Shown piece by piece: positions 8,872-17,378 of a stretch of 64,000 bases of DNA. Position 1 is the stretch's first letter; the number at the start of each line of letters is the position of its first letter. Origin of the DNA: an uncultured Candidatus Melainabacteria bacterium (GTDB lineage Bacteria > Cyanobacteriota > Vampirovibrionia > Obscuribacterales > Obscuribacteraceae); contig CALFMP010000054.1 in assembly GCA_937879965.1 (NCBI GenBank), positions 148,909 to 212,908 on the forward strand, in the 5' to 3' direction. A program made the position numbers and the translations under genes. The notes beneath the pieces were generated by a model. That model saw only the letters and a program-made list of their open reading frames with translations. It was not told the DNA's origin and did no database searches.

Positions 8872-9882
8872 ATGCGAAAGAAGACCATCCTGGCAATCGC
8901 ATTCGCGAGTAGCGTACTTTGCCCTACACTCCCGACTCTAGCAGAGAAGGCTCTTGATTCGTCGGATCCCGAGATACAGGAAATACCGAATGAAAAGAAT
9001 ACAGATCCAAGATCACGGGCAGAATCACTGCTTAGATACGCGAGCAAGCACCTGCCAGAAAGTGTGCAATACGATGTCGACCTTCAACTATTGCGCATGC
9101 ATTACGTTGAAACGCGAAAGGCACGGTTTAAGAAATACCGTCGGTGGGATTTACTAGACCTCGGCAACCGGGAAATCCTTTCAGAAATCGATGCAAGAAA
9201 AAAATTTGCCTATAAAGATCGGGACCTTCAGAAGTTCCAAAACGAAGAAAAGCGAACCCTGGCAAACCAGGCAACTCAGCAGGCATTGAATCAAATAGCA
9301 AATTGCAATGACAGGTACGTTCGACTTTACCTCTACTTAGTCGCCCTGCAATTATTTCATCAAACAGACAATATAGATGGAATGCAGCAATGCAATGGTT
9401 TTCTTGAAAAAGAGTTCCAGAGATGCGAGAAGAATGCACATGTTGACGAGATTGAGATTGACGAATCAATCTCGGTCCTAAATCAGATGGCAAACAATTT
9501 GATTCATACATATATCTCGACCATTGACCTAAAGACTTATCCGCTTTTGACTTCTACTCTAAAGAGGTCACCTCCGCCGACAATAGAACCGTTTACTGAA
9601 GAGGATTTCGTAGAAAGCGAGAAGCTAAGACTTAGAGCACTTGCTATCGCAGACCGACTACCACCCGAACATCACCTGAGAAGACGCGCGCACCGAGATT
9701 TAGTTCTTTGGTATCAACAGTTAGGCAAAAACGAAAAAGCTGAAAATGAAAAATCGATTTTATTCGATTTGGTCGGAATTAGGGACGATAGTATTCTATA
9801 TCCCCAACCAGGAATGTGTGGGCGTCATGTTTGGTGGCAAAAGGTTGGAACAGTAGCGGAGTTTGGTTGTGGAATGGGTTAG
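8872..9882 (+). CDS. Secreted protein, paralog 3 of the family, ending in GCGMG; candidate DUF692 substrate
   Basis: ATG at 8872 preceded by AAGGAAG (a GTG alternative lies at 8833). Signal peptide MRKKTILAIAFASSVLCPTLPTLA. Same C-terminal module, but 16 aa lie between the two Cys (C-GRHVWWQKVGTVAEFG-C-GMG-stop). Confidence 0.7.
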   Translation: MRKKTILAIAFASSVLCPTLPTLAEKALDSSDPEIQEIPNEKNTDPRSRAESLLRYASKHLPESVQYDVDLQLLRMHYVETRKARFKKYRRWDLLDLGNREILSEIDARKKFAYKDRDLQKFQNEEKRTLANQATQQALNQIANCNDRYVRLYLYLVALQLFHQTDNIDGMQQCNGFLEKEFQRCEKNAHVDEIEIDESISVLNQMANNLIHTYISTIDLKTYPLLTSTLKRSPPPTIEPFTEEDFVESEKLRLRALAIADRLPPEHHLRRRAHRDLVLWYQQLGKNEKAENEKSILFDLVGIRDDSILYPQPGMCGRHVWWQKVGTVAEFGCGMG

Positions 9883-9980
9883 TTTTAGCGAATGAGAATT
9901 GTGATGGAAGGCGGCAGTTATGAAATCCAAGCAAGAAAGAGCTTTAGTAGAGTGCGAGCGAAGAGAGATGGATAAGTTTC

Positions 9981-10859
9981 ATGCCTAGTAAACCGAAACT
10001 TGGACTATCGCTGATGCCGACGGAAGATTTCGAGCAGGCGACTGTTCCGCTGTTTCAAAACAATCAAGTTCAGGCAATTGAGTGGAGTTTTGACTTCTCC
10101 TGGAATGGTGCGGTCGTCAGCGAATGGTGCGACGGTATTCTTCACGAGTTTAGTAATCGAGGCGCGTTGACCGGACACGGCGTCAATCTTTCTCCCCTAT
10201 CAGCGCGGTTTTCAAAGAGGCAAGAAGAGTGGCTTGCGAATGCGAAGGAAGAGTTTAAAAATCGAAAGTACGTGCACGCGACTGAGCATTTTGGTTTTTC
10301 TGAAGCAGGTCCGATTGCGCAAGGTGCACCATTGGGAGTGCCAATGAATGCTGAGTCTTTGCGCAAAGGCAAAGATATGATGAAGCGTTATGCGGACGCG
10401 ACGCAATGCCCAGTAGGACTGGAGAATCTCGCTTTTGCATTCGGTCTTGAAGATGTGAAACGTCAGGGCGATTTCATCGATCAATTGATTTCCTCGGTCG
10501 ATGGTTTCCTCCTGTTGGATGTGCACAATATTTATTGTCAGCTTGCGAATTTTGGTGTTTCTGAGTTGGAATTGCTGAATTCATATCCGCTCTCAAAAGT
10601 TCGCGAGATACATTTATCCGGTGGAACATGGAGTGGGTCTATCTCTGGAAAGAGAGCTGCTGTACGGCGTGACACGCATGACGATGCTATTCCTCAAGAA
10701 GTTTTCAACCTAGCGACATTGGCATTGAAGCTTTGCCCAAACGTCGAGTTTGTGATCATGGAAAGACTCGGATACACCATGATGGATCTAGATTCTCAGC
10801 AAGAATTCCGCGAAGACTTCGAGACAATGGAAGAGATTCTGGAGTTTTGCTATGCCTGA
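9981..10859 (+). CDS. DUF692 family (MbnB/TglH/BufB-like) multinuclear non-heme iron oxidase, TIM-barrel
   Basis: 292 aa. Ordered motifs match MbnB by eye: GHGVNLS, ATEHFGFS, GLENLAF, LLLDVHNIY, IHLSGG, RRDTHDD, VIMER. These align with MbnB AFHIMLS, SDHILYF, YLENYPS, LFDASNAI, FHVAGYG, KADTHDR, ITYERD. Confidence 0.85.
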   Translation: MPSKPKLGLSLMPTEDFEQATVPLFQNNQVQAIEWSFDFSWNGAVVSEWCDGILHEFSNRGALTGHGVNLSPLSARFSKRQEEWLANAKEEFKNRKYVHATEHFGFSEAGPIAQGAPLGVPMNAESLRKGKDMMKRYADATQCPVGLENLAFAFGLEDVKRQGDFIDQLISSVDGFLLLDVHNIYCQLANFGVSELELLNSYPLSKVREIHLSGGTWSGSISGKRAAVRRDTHDDAIPQEVFNLATLALKLCPNVEFVIMERLGYTMMDLDSQQEFREDFETMEEILEFCYA

Positions 10860-11073
10860 GGAAGAAGAGGAAACACTTCAAGACTTCCAAGACGCTCTCA
10901 TAGAGCTGCTTTCGAGTGGACAGCCGGAGCTGGTGATTTTTGAAACTTTGAAAACAGATCCGAGATTCGAAAACTATCGCGACTACATTGCTGAATTCGA
11001 TCCTGACATGGTGGCAGTCGCTTGCGAGCTAATGGGCAAGTGGGCAAAATGGAAAGAACCTGAAGAAATATAG
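10852..11073 (+). CDS. Small acidic protein translationally coupled to the DUF692 gene; candidate minimal partner/recognition subunit
   Basis: The ATG overlaps the DUF692 stop (ATGCCTGA, 8-nt overlap). 73 aa, helical-looking, begins EEEEETLQDFQDALIELL, reminiscent of the N-terminus of DUF2063-type partners. No confident family call. Confidence 0.55.
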   Translation: MPEEEEETLQDFQDALIELLSSGQPELVIFETLKTDPRFENYRDYIAEFDPDMVAVACELMGKWAKWKEPEEI

Positions 11074-11094
11074 ACCGTTGAACAACACTTCTGA

Positions 11095-11128
11095 GCCGGC
11101 GAGCCGCCGGCGCTCCCAGGCTTCGCAC
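11095..11128. repeat. REP-like hairpin (GCCGGCGAGCCGCCGGC subtype)
   Basis: GCCGGCG-AGC-CGCCGGC hairpin followed by GCTCCCAGGC. The same unit recurs at 26257, 57125 and 57205. Lies between convergent genes. Confidence 0.7.
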
Positions 11129-11130
11129 AC

Positions 11131-11457
11131 TTACGATTTGTCCTGAAGTCCGTCGCAAACTTGGCGCATCTCTTCCTCTGAAAGGCAGGCGTGAGACGAG
11201 AGCCTGTTAGAGAGCCAACCAGTCAGTTCTTTGCGTTCATCATCTCGGACAAACAGTTCCGTCATCCGTCCGCGAAACCAACCCACTAGTTCGAACACTT
11301 CTTTGAACGTCACTTTCGTTTCATCATGACGCGTTTCGCAGTGACACGACATCAGCCACGAGGTGAACTCCTTCACCTCAGACGCACTCAAATTGCTTTC
11401 CTTAACTCGGTCTTGCAACCAGCGCTCGAACTCTTGTGCCTCATCTTTGTCGGGCAT
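11131..11457 (-). CDS. Hypothetical protein with three internal E(F/L)xxWL repeats
   Basis: 108 aa. Starts 3 nt after the upstream SUFU-like gene. Repeated EFERWLQDRV / EFTSWLMS / ELTGWLSNRL. Confidence 0.55.
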   Translation of the reverse strand: MPDKDEAQEFERWLQDRVKESNLSASEVKEFTSWLMSCHCETRHDETKVTFKEVFELVGWFRGRMTELFVRDDERKELTGWLSNRLSSHACLSEEEMRQVCDGLQDKS

Positions 11458-11460
11458 GGT

Positions 11461-12549
11461 CTAGCTCTCGAAGGACTCACTACCGTACGCGACGTTTTCC
11501 CTAAAGTTATCCGCGAAGGATTTGGTTTTCAGCAAGGCAAGTCCAATTCCCTCTTGCTCCATCACTGTGCCACGGTATGGATCTGTGACTTGGTCGTGTC
11601 CCATTTGGCGTAAGACTTGCTGTATGCACCACGTTCCATATTCTTCTATTGACTCTGCAAACTGCCTTTCGTCAGGAGTGATGCCGATAGCGATGAAGAG
11701 GCCAAAGCCGCCGGACGGCAGATAGTACCAGCAATCTGGAGCATCATCTGGATACCAAATAAAGATGTTGCTCAACTTGGAATTGGAGCCGGGAATGATG
11801 GGGCCGTTCAAATCAATTCGCACGCCAGGTGAAAGTGTCCCTGCATGATTGAGAATGTAGAACGCCAAAGTGCGCAGTATTTGCGGCGCCCAGGGCATAT
11901 CTTCCTTCGCCTTGATCATGATTTCGCAACCGAAGCCGGTCACTTCTGCAGGAGCATCCTGCAACCATGGACTGCTCAATCCGGCAGTAACATAAGTCCA
12001 ATAGGGGCGCGTCGGATCTGGCGCGTAAACGAGAATATTGAGGTGTTGTTCGTCGAGGTTCGGATTGCCCGGGTCGCCGGTCTCGCCTCTCTCTTTTTCT
12101 TCCTCAGGCAGAATTACATCTTCTAATTTGAGCACCGGAGGCGGTGCATATGGTCCGGGAGTAACATGGTGAGGTTCACCGAACAATTCGCGATAAAGCT
12201 CATCACGAGTATTCCAGGACTCAATCAGCAAGTTTCGCTGCCTAACCGCTGCTTCACGCGCTTCTTCAGGCGAAAGTTGCATCCCTTGCAGCATCTTGAA
12301 GACGCGGGAGTCTTCTAGCTCGATGTACTCGTCAGACTCGTATGTTATTTCCCCGCCAGCCGCTACGAGCTTTTGCGCATCGAGCTGCTCGCGATCGCAT
12401 CCAGGCTCAGATTTAGCTTTTGCAGAAGACTTTGGTGGATCAACTTTCTGCTCAGCAGAACTTGCCGCTTCCATTTTTTCTGTTTTTTCTACAGCTTTCT
12501 TCGGTGCTGATTTCTTCGGCTTCTCATTGCCGGATTTGCCCTTGGGCAT
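11461..12549 (-). CDS. Suppressor-of-fused (SUFU)-like domain protein with Lys-rich disordered N-terminus
   Basis: The C-terminal ~230 aa show the bacterial SUFU-like pattern (HLNILVYAPDPTRPYWTYVTAGLS ... PWAPQILRTLAFYILNHAGTLSPGVRIDLNGPI). The ATG shares one base with the lepA stop (TAATG). Confidence 0.6.
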   Translation of the reverse strand: MPKGKSGNEKPKKSAPKKAVEKTEKMEAASSAEQKVDPPKSSAKAKSEPGCDREQLDAQKLVAAGGEITYESDEYIELEDSRVFKMLQGMQLSPEEAREAAVRQRNLLIESWNTRDELYRELFGEPHHVTPGPYAPPPVLKLEDVILPEEEKERGETGDPGNPNLDEQHLNILVYAPDPTRPYWTYVTAGLSSPWLQDAPAEVTGFGCEIMIKAKEDMPWAPQILRTLAFYILNHAGTLSPGVRIDLNGPIIPGSNSKLSNIFIWYPDDAPDCWYYLPSGGFGLFIAIGITPDERQFAESIEEYGTWCIQQVLRQMGHDQVTDPYRGTVMEQEGIGLALLKTKSFADNFRENVAYGSESFES

Positions 12550-14354
12550 TAGTCTTCCTCAAGCTTAAGCACAGCCATAAATGCTTCCTGCGGAATTTCG
12601 ACACGTCCCACGGACTTCATCCGCTTCTTACCTTCTTTCTGTTTCTCCAAGAGTTTCCGTTTACGAGAAATGTCACCGCCATAGCACTTAGACAATACAT
12701 CTTTGCGTTGGGCAGAAACGGTTTCACGCGCAATAATCTTGCCGCCGATTGCGGCTTGAATTGGAACTTCGAACATCTGGCGAGGGATGAGTTTCTTCAG
12801 TTTCTCTGCCAGCAAACGACCATAGCCCGCAGCACGCTCGCGGTGAACAATCGCGGATAGAGCGTCGCAAGGCTCGCCGCCGATCAGGATATCGAGTTTT
12901 ACAAGGTTCGATTCTCTGTACTCATTGAAGTGATAGTCGAGACTTGCATAACCGCGAGAACGCGACTTCAACTGATCGAAGAAATCGGTGATGATTTCCG
13001 CCAGAGGGAGCTCGTAATGCAGCATGGCACGCCGTGGATCAAGGTATTTCATGTCTTGGAAAATACCGCGACGTCCCTGGCAGAGTTCCATAATCTGCCC
13101 GACAAAATCATTCGGAACCATAATTGATGCAGATACGTACGGCTCTTCAATCATCGTACGATAGTTGGGATCAGGCAGGAATGCTGGGTTCTCAATCATC
13201 AGGACAGAGCCGTCAGTCTTCGTTACGCGATAGACAACAGACGGAGCTGTTGTGATCAAACGCAGGTCGTACTCACGCTCGAGACGCTCCTGGATGATTT
13301 CCATGTGTAGCAATCCAAGGAATCCGCAACGGAATCCGAAGCCGAGAGCCTCTGAAGTCTCTGGTTCGTACTGCAGGGAGGAATCGTTGAGAATCAGCTT
13401 TTCGAGAGCTTCGCGGAGATCGGGATATTGCTCGTTGTCGACTGGATACAAGCCTGCGAACACCATCGGCTTCGCAGGACGATAGCCGGGTAGCGGCTCC
13501 GGCGCAGGTCGTTCTTGGTGCGTAATTGTGTCACCAACGAGCGTTGCAACGTCCTTGATGGAAGCGGCAAGATAACCTACTTCGCCGGGACCAAGTTTAT
13601 CGACTTTGAATTGCTGCGGGCGGAGAACGCCTAATTCGGTGACTTCGAAATCGGATTTGTTTTCCATGAAGCGAATCTTGTCGCCCATTTTGATTTCGCC
13701 GTCTTTCACACGGAAGTAAACAATGATGCCGCGATAGCTTTCAAAATAGCTGTCGAAGACTAGCGCGCGAAGTGGCTTGTCGGCAGTATTCTCCGGTGGA
13801 TGAATATAGTTGACGATCGCTTCGAGAGTTTCTTCGATGCCGATATGATTTTTTGCGGAAGCTAAAACTGCGTGGCTTGCATCCAGACCAATCACCTCTT
13901 CTATCTCGGCGCGGATACGCTCCGGGTCGGCACTCGGCAAATCGATCTTATTGATGATTGGAACAATTTCGAGATTGTTCTCGACCGCGAGGTGAACGTT
14001 TGCCAGCGTCTGCGCTTCAACCCCCTGGCTGGCGTCGACCACCAACAGCGCGCCTTCGCATGCAGCGAGACTGCGTGAAACTTCATAACCGAAATCGACG
14101 TGCCCCGGCGTATCGATTAAATTCAAAATGTAATGCTTGCCGTCCTGCGCTGTGTATTCCATCCGCGCCGGCTGCGCCTTGATGGTGATACCGCGCTCGC
14201 GCTCGATATCCATGGTGTCCAGGATCTGCGCTTGCATGTCGCGCTTGGCGATGGTTTTGGTGTATTCCAAAAGGCGATCCGCCAACGTCGACTTACCGTG
14301 GTCGATGTGAGCGATGATTGAGAAATTGCGGATGAGATTCGGGTCGGCTGTCAC
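12549..14354 (-). CDS. lepA: Translation elongation factor 4 (LepA)
   Basis: 601 aa, GTG start. G-domain motifs [21 protein letters not shown]. The characteristic LepA C-terminal domain is present. Confidence 0.97.
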   Translation of the reverse strand: MTADPNLIRNFSIIAHIDHGKSTLADRLLEYTKTIAKRDMQAQILDTMDIERERGITIKAQPARMEYTAQDGKHYILNLIDTPGHVDFGYEVSRSLAACEGALLVVDASQGVEAQTLANVHLAVENNLEIVPIINKIDLPSADPERIRAEIEEVIGLDASHAVLASAKNHIGIEETLEAIVNYIHPPENTADKPLRALVFDSYFESYRGIIVYFRVKDGEIKMGDKIRFMENKSDFEVTELGVLRPQQFKVDKLGPGEVGYLAASIKDVATLVGDTITHQERPAPEPLPGYRPAKPMVFAGLYPVDNEQYPDLREALEKLILNDSSLQYEPETSEALGFGFRCGFLGLLHMEIIQERLEREYDLRLITTAPSVVYRVTKTDGSVLMIENPAFLPDPNYRTMIEEPYVSASIMVPNDFVGQIMELCQGRRGIFQDMKYLDPRRAMLHYELPLAEIITDFFDQLKSRSRGYASLDYHFNEYRESNLVKLDILIGGEPCDALSAIVHRERAAGYGRLLAEKLKKLIPRQMFEVPIQAAIGGKIIARETVSAQRKDVLSKCYGGDISRKRKLLEKQKEGKKRMKSVGRVEIPQEAFMAVLKLEED

Positions 14355-14757
14355 TGGCTTCCAAGTACAACTGCGAGGGCGTAAACGCGTGAGCTCTCAT
14401 TAGCGCGGGCTCAGAAAGACCAGAGCGCGCCCATGTGGTCTACACGAACCGTATGATATCAGGGAAAACCCCGCCAGGTGCCCACCTGAAGGTTTTGACA
14501 CTTAATCAGCAATAAAAGAACAAGGAAGGCTTTCCTCGGAATCGGTCGCCTGCTGTCTTTAGCGGACCTGAGATGTTCCGTAACGCAGGCTGGCGCCCGT
14601 CTCAAAGCTCCTTAACGGCGTGTTAAAATTCGATTTTAGGGTGTTCTTGGGCTTGGGCGTCCGCACGGACGATTCGAGCACTATTTCCGCTCTGGCAACC
14701 ATTGGCGACTTTTGCGACAACTTCCGTTCCAGACCTTTCACCCGACAACCTGTTTTT

Positions 14758-16764
14758 ATGCCAAAAAAAGAAACCCGGAGACACATGACGCATCCCTTCC
14801 TCAAAGAGCTCGCGAAAAGACCGCTACTTGCAGATGGAGGCATAGGCACACTGCTCTATGCACGGGGCGCATCCCCGGAAGCAAGCTTTGAGCACCTCAA
14901 CCTGACCAAGCAGGACGAGATTCAAAAGGTCCACATCGACTACATCAATGCGGGTGCTGATGTAATCGAGACGAATTCTTTCTCAGCAAACAAGTACCGC
15001 CTGGCGACCTTCGGTCTTGAGGCGGACACGCACAAAATCAATTTGTGGGCAGCCAAGGTGGCGCGAAACGCGCGCGAAGTTGGCGGGCAGCCGGTGTTTG
15101 TAGCTGGTTCTGTCGGGCCGACCGGGAAACTGATGGCGCCCATCGGCGATGTCACAGCGCAAGATCTCAAAGACGCTTTTACAGAGCAAATGGAAGCGCT
15201 ATTGGCTGGCGGCGTCGATCTTTTCATTATCGAAACCATGTCATCGCTGGAAGAAACGGCAATTGCAGTTCGTGCAGCCAGAGCAGTTTCAAAACTTCCG
15301 GTCGTAGCACAAATGAGTTTCTCCCCGGACGGACACACACTTCTTGGTGTCACACCCGAAGACGTTGTAAAACTCTACGTCGAACTCGGCGACGATGCGC
15401 CTGATGTTATTGGTATCAATTGCGGTGCTGGTCCTGGTCCCGTTTTCGATTCGCTGCTGCGCATGTCGCATGCATTGAAAGAACGCGGTGTAGACCCGTC
15501 CAAACTCAATTATTCGTGTTTACCAAACGCCGGTCAGCCAAGCTTGAGCGGTGGACGATATCAATTTATGTCCGGTCCGGACTACTGCGCATCTTATGTA
15601 GAACCTTACGTGCGTGCGGGTGCGCGATTGATTGGCGGCTGCTGCGGTACGACCCCGCACCACATCAAAGCGATGCGCGCAGAACTTGACGCATACATCG
15701 AATCGCAAAAATCGGCATCAGCTGCAACAGCACAGCAACTGCCGGCGATGAAGCCGGAGGCGCTCATTACTCCGAAAGATAAAGCGCGCCCGGTCGAAAT
15801 TAAAAAAGAAACTCCCAAGGTTGGTCCCGAACTTCCCGCATTGGCCGCGCGACTTGCCAATTCCAAGGCAAATCCGAAGAACGGTGATTTCTATGTAAGT
15901 GTGGAACTTGATCCCCCAAAAGGCGCCATCGCCAGAAAGATTTTGCAAGCTGCAGAAACACTCAGAGACGCTGGCGCAGATGCCATCAATGTTGGTGACA
16001 GCCCGATGGCGCGTGTGCGCATGTCATCGTTGGCGACCTGCCAGTTGATTTCGACAAAGGTCGGAATCGAAACCATCATCCACTTCACCACACGCGACCG
16101 CAACCTGATGGGCATTCAAGCCGATTTGCTTGGCTGCCAGGCTCTGGGCATCCACAACGTCATCGCACTCACCGGCGATCCGCCTGCATTGGGCAATTAC
16201 GTCCATGCCACTGCTGTATACGATGTGGACTCTGTTGGTCTTATCAAAATCATAAGCCAGCTCAATCAAGGCTTGGACATCGCAGGCAACTCGATTGGAA
16301 CACCCACTTCGCTCTCAATCGCTTGCGCGCTGAATCCTACGCACGAAAATCGCGCGCAAGAACTCGACCGCTTCGGCAAGAAAATCGAGGCAGGTGCTCA
16401 CTTTGCGATGACACAACCGCTCTATCAATTGAGCGATCTCACAAACTTCCTCGATGAATTCGGCGAGTGCAAGATTCCAATTCTCGTCGGTATTATGCCG
16501 CTTCATAGCTTCAAACACGCCGAATATCTGCACAACGAAGTGCCCGGTATCACTATTCCCGACAAGGTCCGCAAAGCCATGGAAAAAGCTGGCGATCAAG
16601 GAGCGTCCGTTGGATTGGAACTGGCGGAAGAATTGCTCGAAGAACTGCGCCCGCTCTGCCAGGGAACATACGTCGTCCCCTCTTTCGGCCGCTACGACGA
16701 CATATGCCAATTCGTAAAACGCATCAAAGAAAAATCACAAACAAAAGCCGCCGCTAAGACGTAG
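14758..16764 (+). CDS. Bifunctional homocysteine S-methyltransferase / 5,10-methylenetetrahydrofolate reductase (YitJ-like fusion)
   Basis: ATG at 14758 (the longer ORF from 14620 is unlikely). N-terminal Hcy-binding domain (LLADGGIGT ... GGCCGTTPHHI), a linker, then a MetF-type MTHFR domain (VSVELDPPKG ... HFTTRDRN ... ALTGDPP). Confidence 0.9.
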   Translation: MPKKETRRHMTHPFLKELAKRPLLADGGIGTLLYARGASPEASFEHLNLTKQDEIQKVHIDYINAGADVIETNSFSANKYRLATFGLEADTHKINLWAAKVARNAREVGGQPVFVAGSVGPTGKLMAPIGDVTAQDLKDAFTEQMEALLAGGVDLFIIETMSSLEETAIAVRAARAVSKLPVVAQMSFSPDGHTLLGVTPEDVVKLYVELGDDAPDVIGINCGAGPGPVFDSLLRMSHALKERGVDPSKLNYSCLPNAGQPSLSGGRYQFMSGPDYCASYVEPYVRAGARLIGGCCGTTPHHIKAMRAELDAYIESQKSASAATAQQLPAMKPEALITPKDKARPVEIKKETPKVGPELPALAARLANSKANPKNGDFYVSVELDPPKGAIARKILQAAETLRDAGADAINVGDSPMARVRMSSLATCQLISTKVGIETIIHFTTRDRNLMGIQADLLGCQALGIHNVIALTGDPPALGNYVHATAVYDVDSVGLIKIISQLNQGLDIAGNSIGTPTSLSIACALNPTHENRAQELDRFGKKIEAGAHFAMTQPLYQLSDLTNFLDEFGECKIPILVGIMPLHSFKHAEYLHNEVPGITIPDKVRKAMEKAGDQGASVGLELAEELLEELRPLCQGTYVVPSFGRYDDICQFVKRIKEKSQTKAAAKT

Positions 16765-16826
16765 AAATGACATAAGCCGGGCCCGGGAGCCCAGCTTGTT
16801 GTCAGCGCGGATAAACTCTTGCGGAC

Positions 16827-17096
16827 CTAATCCACGCGAAAAGAGAGTCCAGCTGAACTCACGACCCAATAGTCGCCGTTGGACGTGTGCGCTGTGACGT
16901 GCGTGTGGTGGAAGGAGACGATAGCGCCTGAAGAGTACTTGGCGTACAGCATGTCTCCATTCTCGTCGAGATAGAAAGTACTGCCATCCGGAGTGATGCT
17001 CGGTGCGACTCCGTCTGGTTCGAATGAAGCAAGAGAGCGACTTTGGAAACGCTCTGGAAGAAGTTTTTTCAAGGGAAATCCGAGACAATCGTGCAA
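16827..17096 (-). CDS. Hypothetical small protein
   Basis: 89-aa ORF with a TTG start. Beta-rich, coding-like composition. No family recognised. Confidence 0.35.
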   Translation of the reverse strand: MHDCLGFPLKKLLPERFQSRSLASFEPDGVAPSITPDGSTFYLDENGDMLYAKYSSGAIVSFHHTHVTAHTSNGDYWVVSSAGLSFRVD

Positions 17097-17262
17097 CGTA
17101 GTTACTCCGTGGACTCGATAGGCTTGAATTGTAGTTTCGATTTGGGAAATTTTTAGGGAGCCCGAAACAAGCTGCTAGCCCGGTTGTTCAAACCGGGCTA
17201 GGCTTCTGCACCGAAACTAATAAAACTTGCTGGCTTTCCGATTTGACTTCAGCGATTCACAC

Positions 17263-17369
17263 GGGCGGCAAGAATGCCGCCCCTACAGCGGAATTGAATG
17301 GAACTGCGGATCTTCCTGGGTGAGTCGGCGGCTCGCCAACGCCGAGCGGCAAGAATGCGCCCCTACAAG
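17263..17369. repeat. REP-like hairpin cluster
   Basis: GGGCGGCAAGAATGCCGCCCCTACAG plus degenerate copies (GGCGGCTCGCC, GGCAAGAATGCGCCCCTACAAG). Immediately downstream of the TPR gene that ends at 17379. Confidence 0.7.
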
Positions 17370-17378
17370 CGCGCGAGA

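Noticed and set aside
14355-14757. SAM or other riboswitch upstream of the Hcy-methyltransferase/MTHFR fusion (as in Bacillus yitJ), and upstream of metH (22557-22750)
   Set aside because: I could not find SAM-I core elements. An AAAGCU element near 14604-14609 is too weak to call SAM-II or SAM-V. A covariance-model scan is needed, so these are not reported as features.
14620-14757. N-terminal 46-aa extension of the MTHFR fusion ORF (and similar long-ORF extensions at 42621, 35883, 55521, 8170 and 28050)
   Set aside because: The extensions lack homology-like sequence, in some cases start with rare codons or inside repeats, and internal ATGs have better RBS and domain boundaries.
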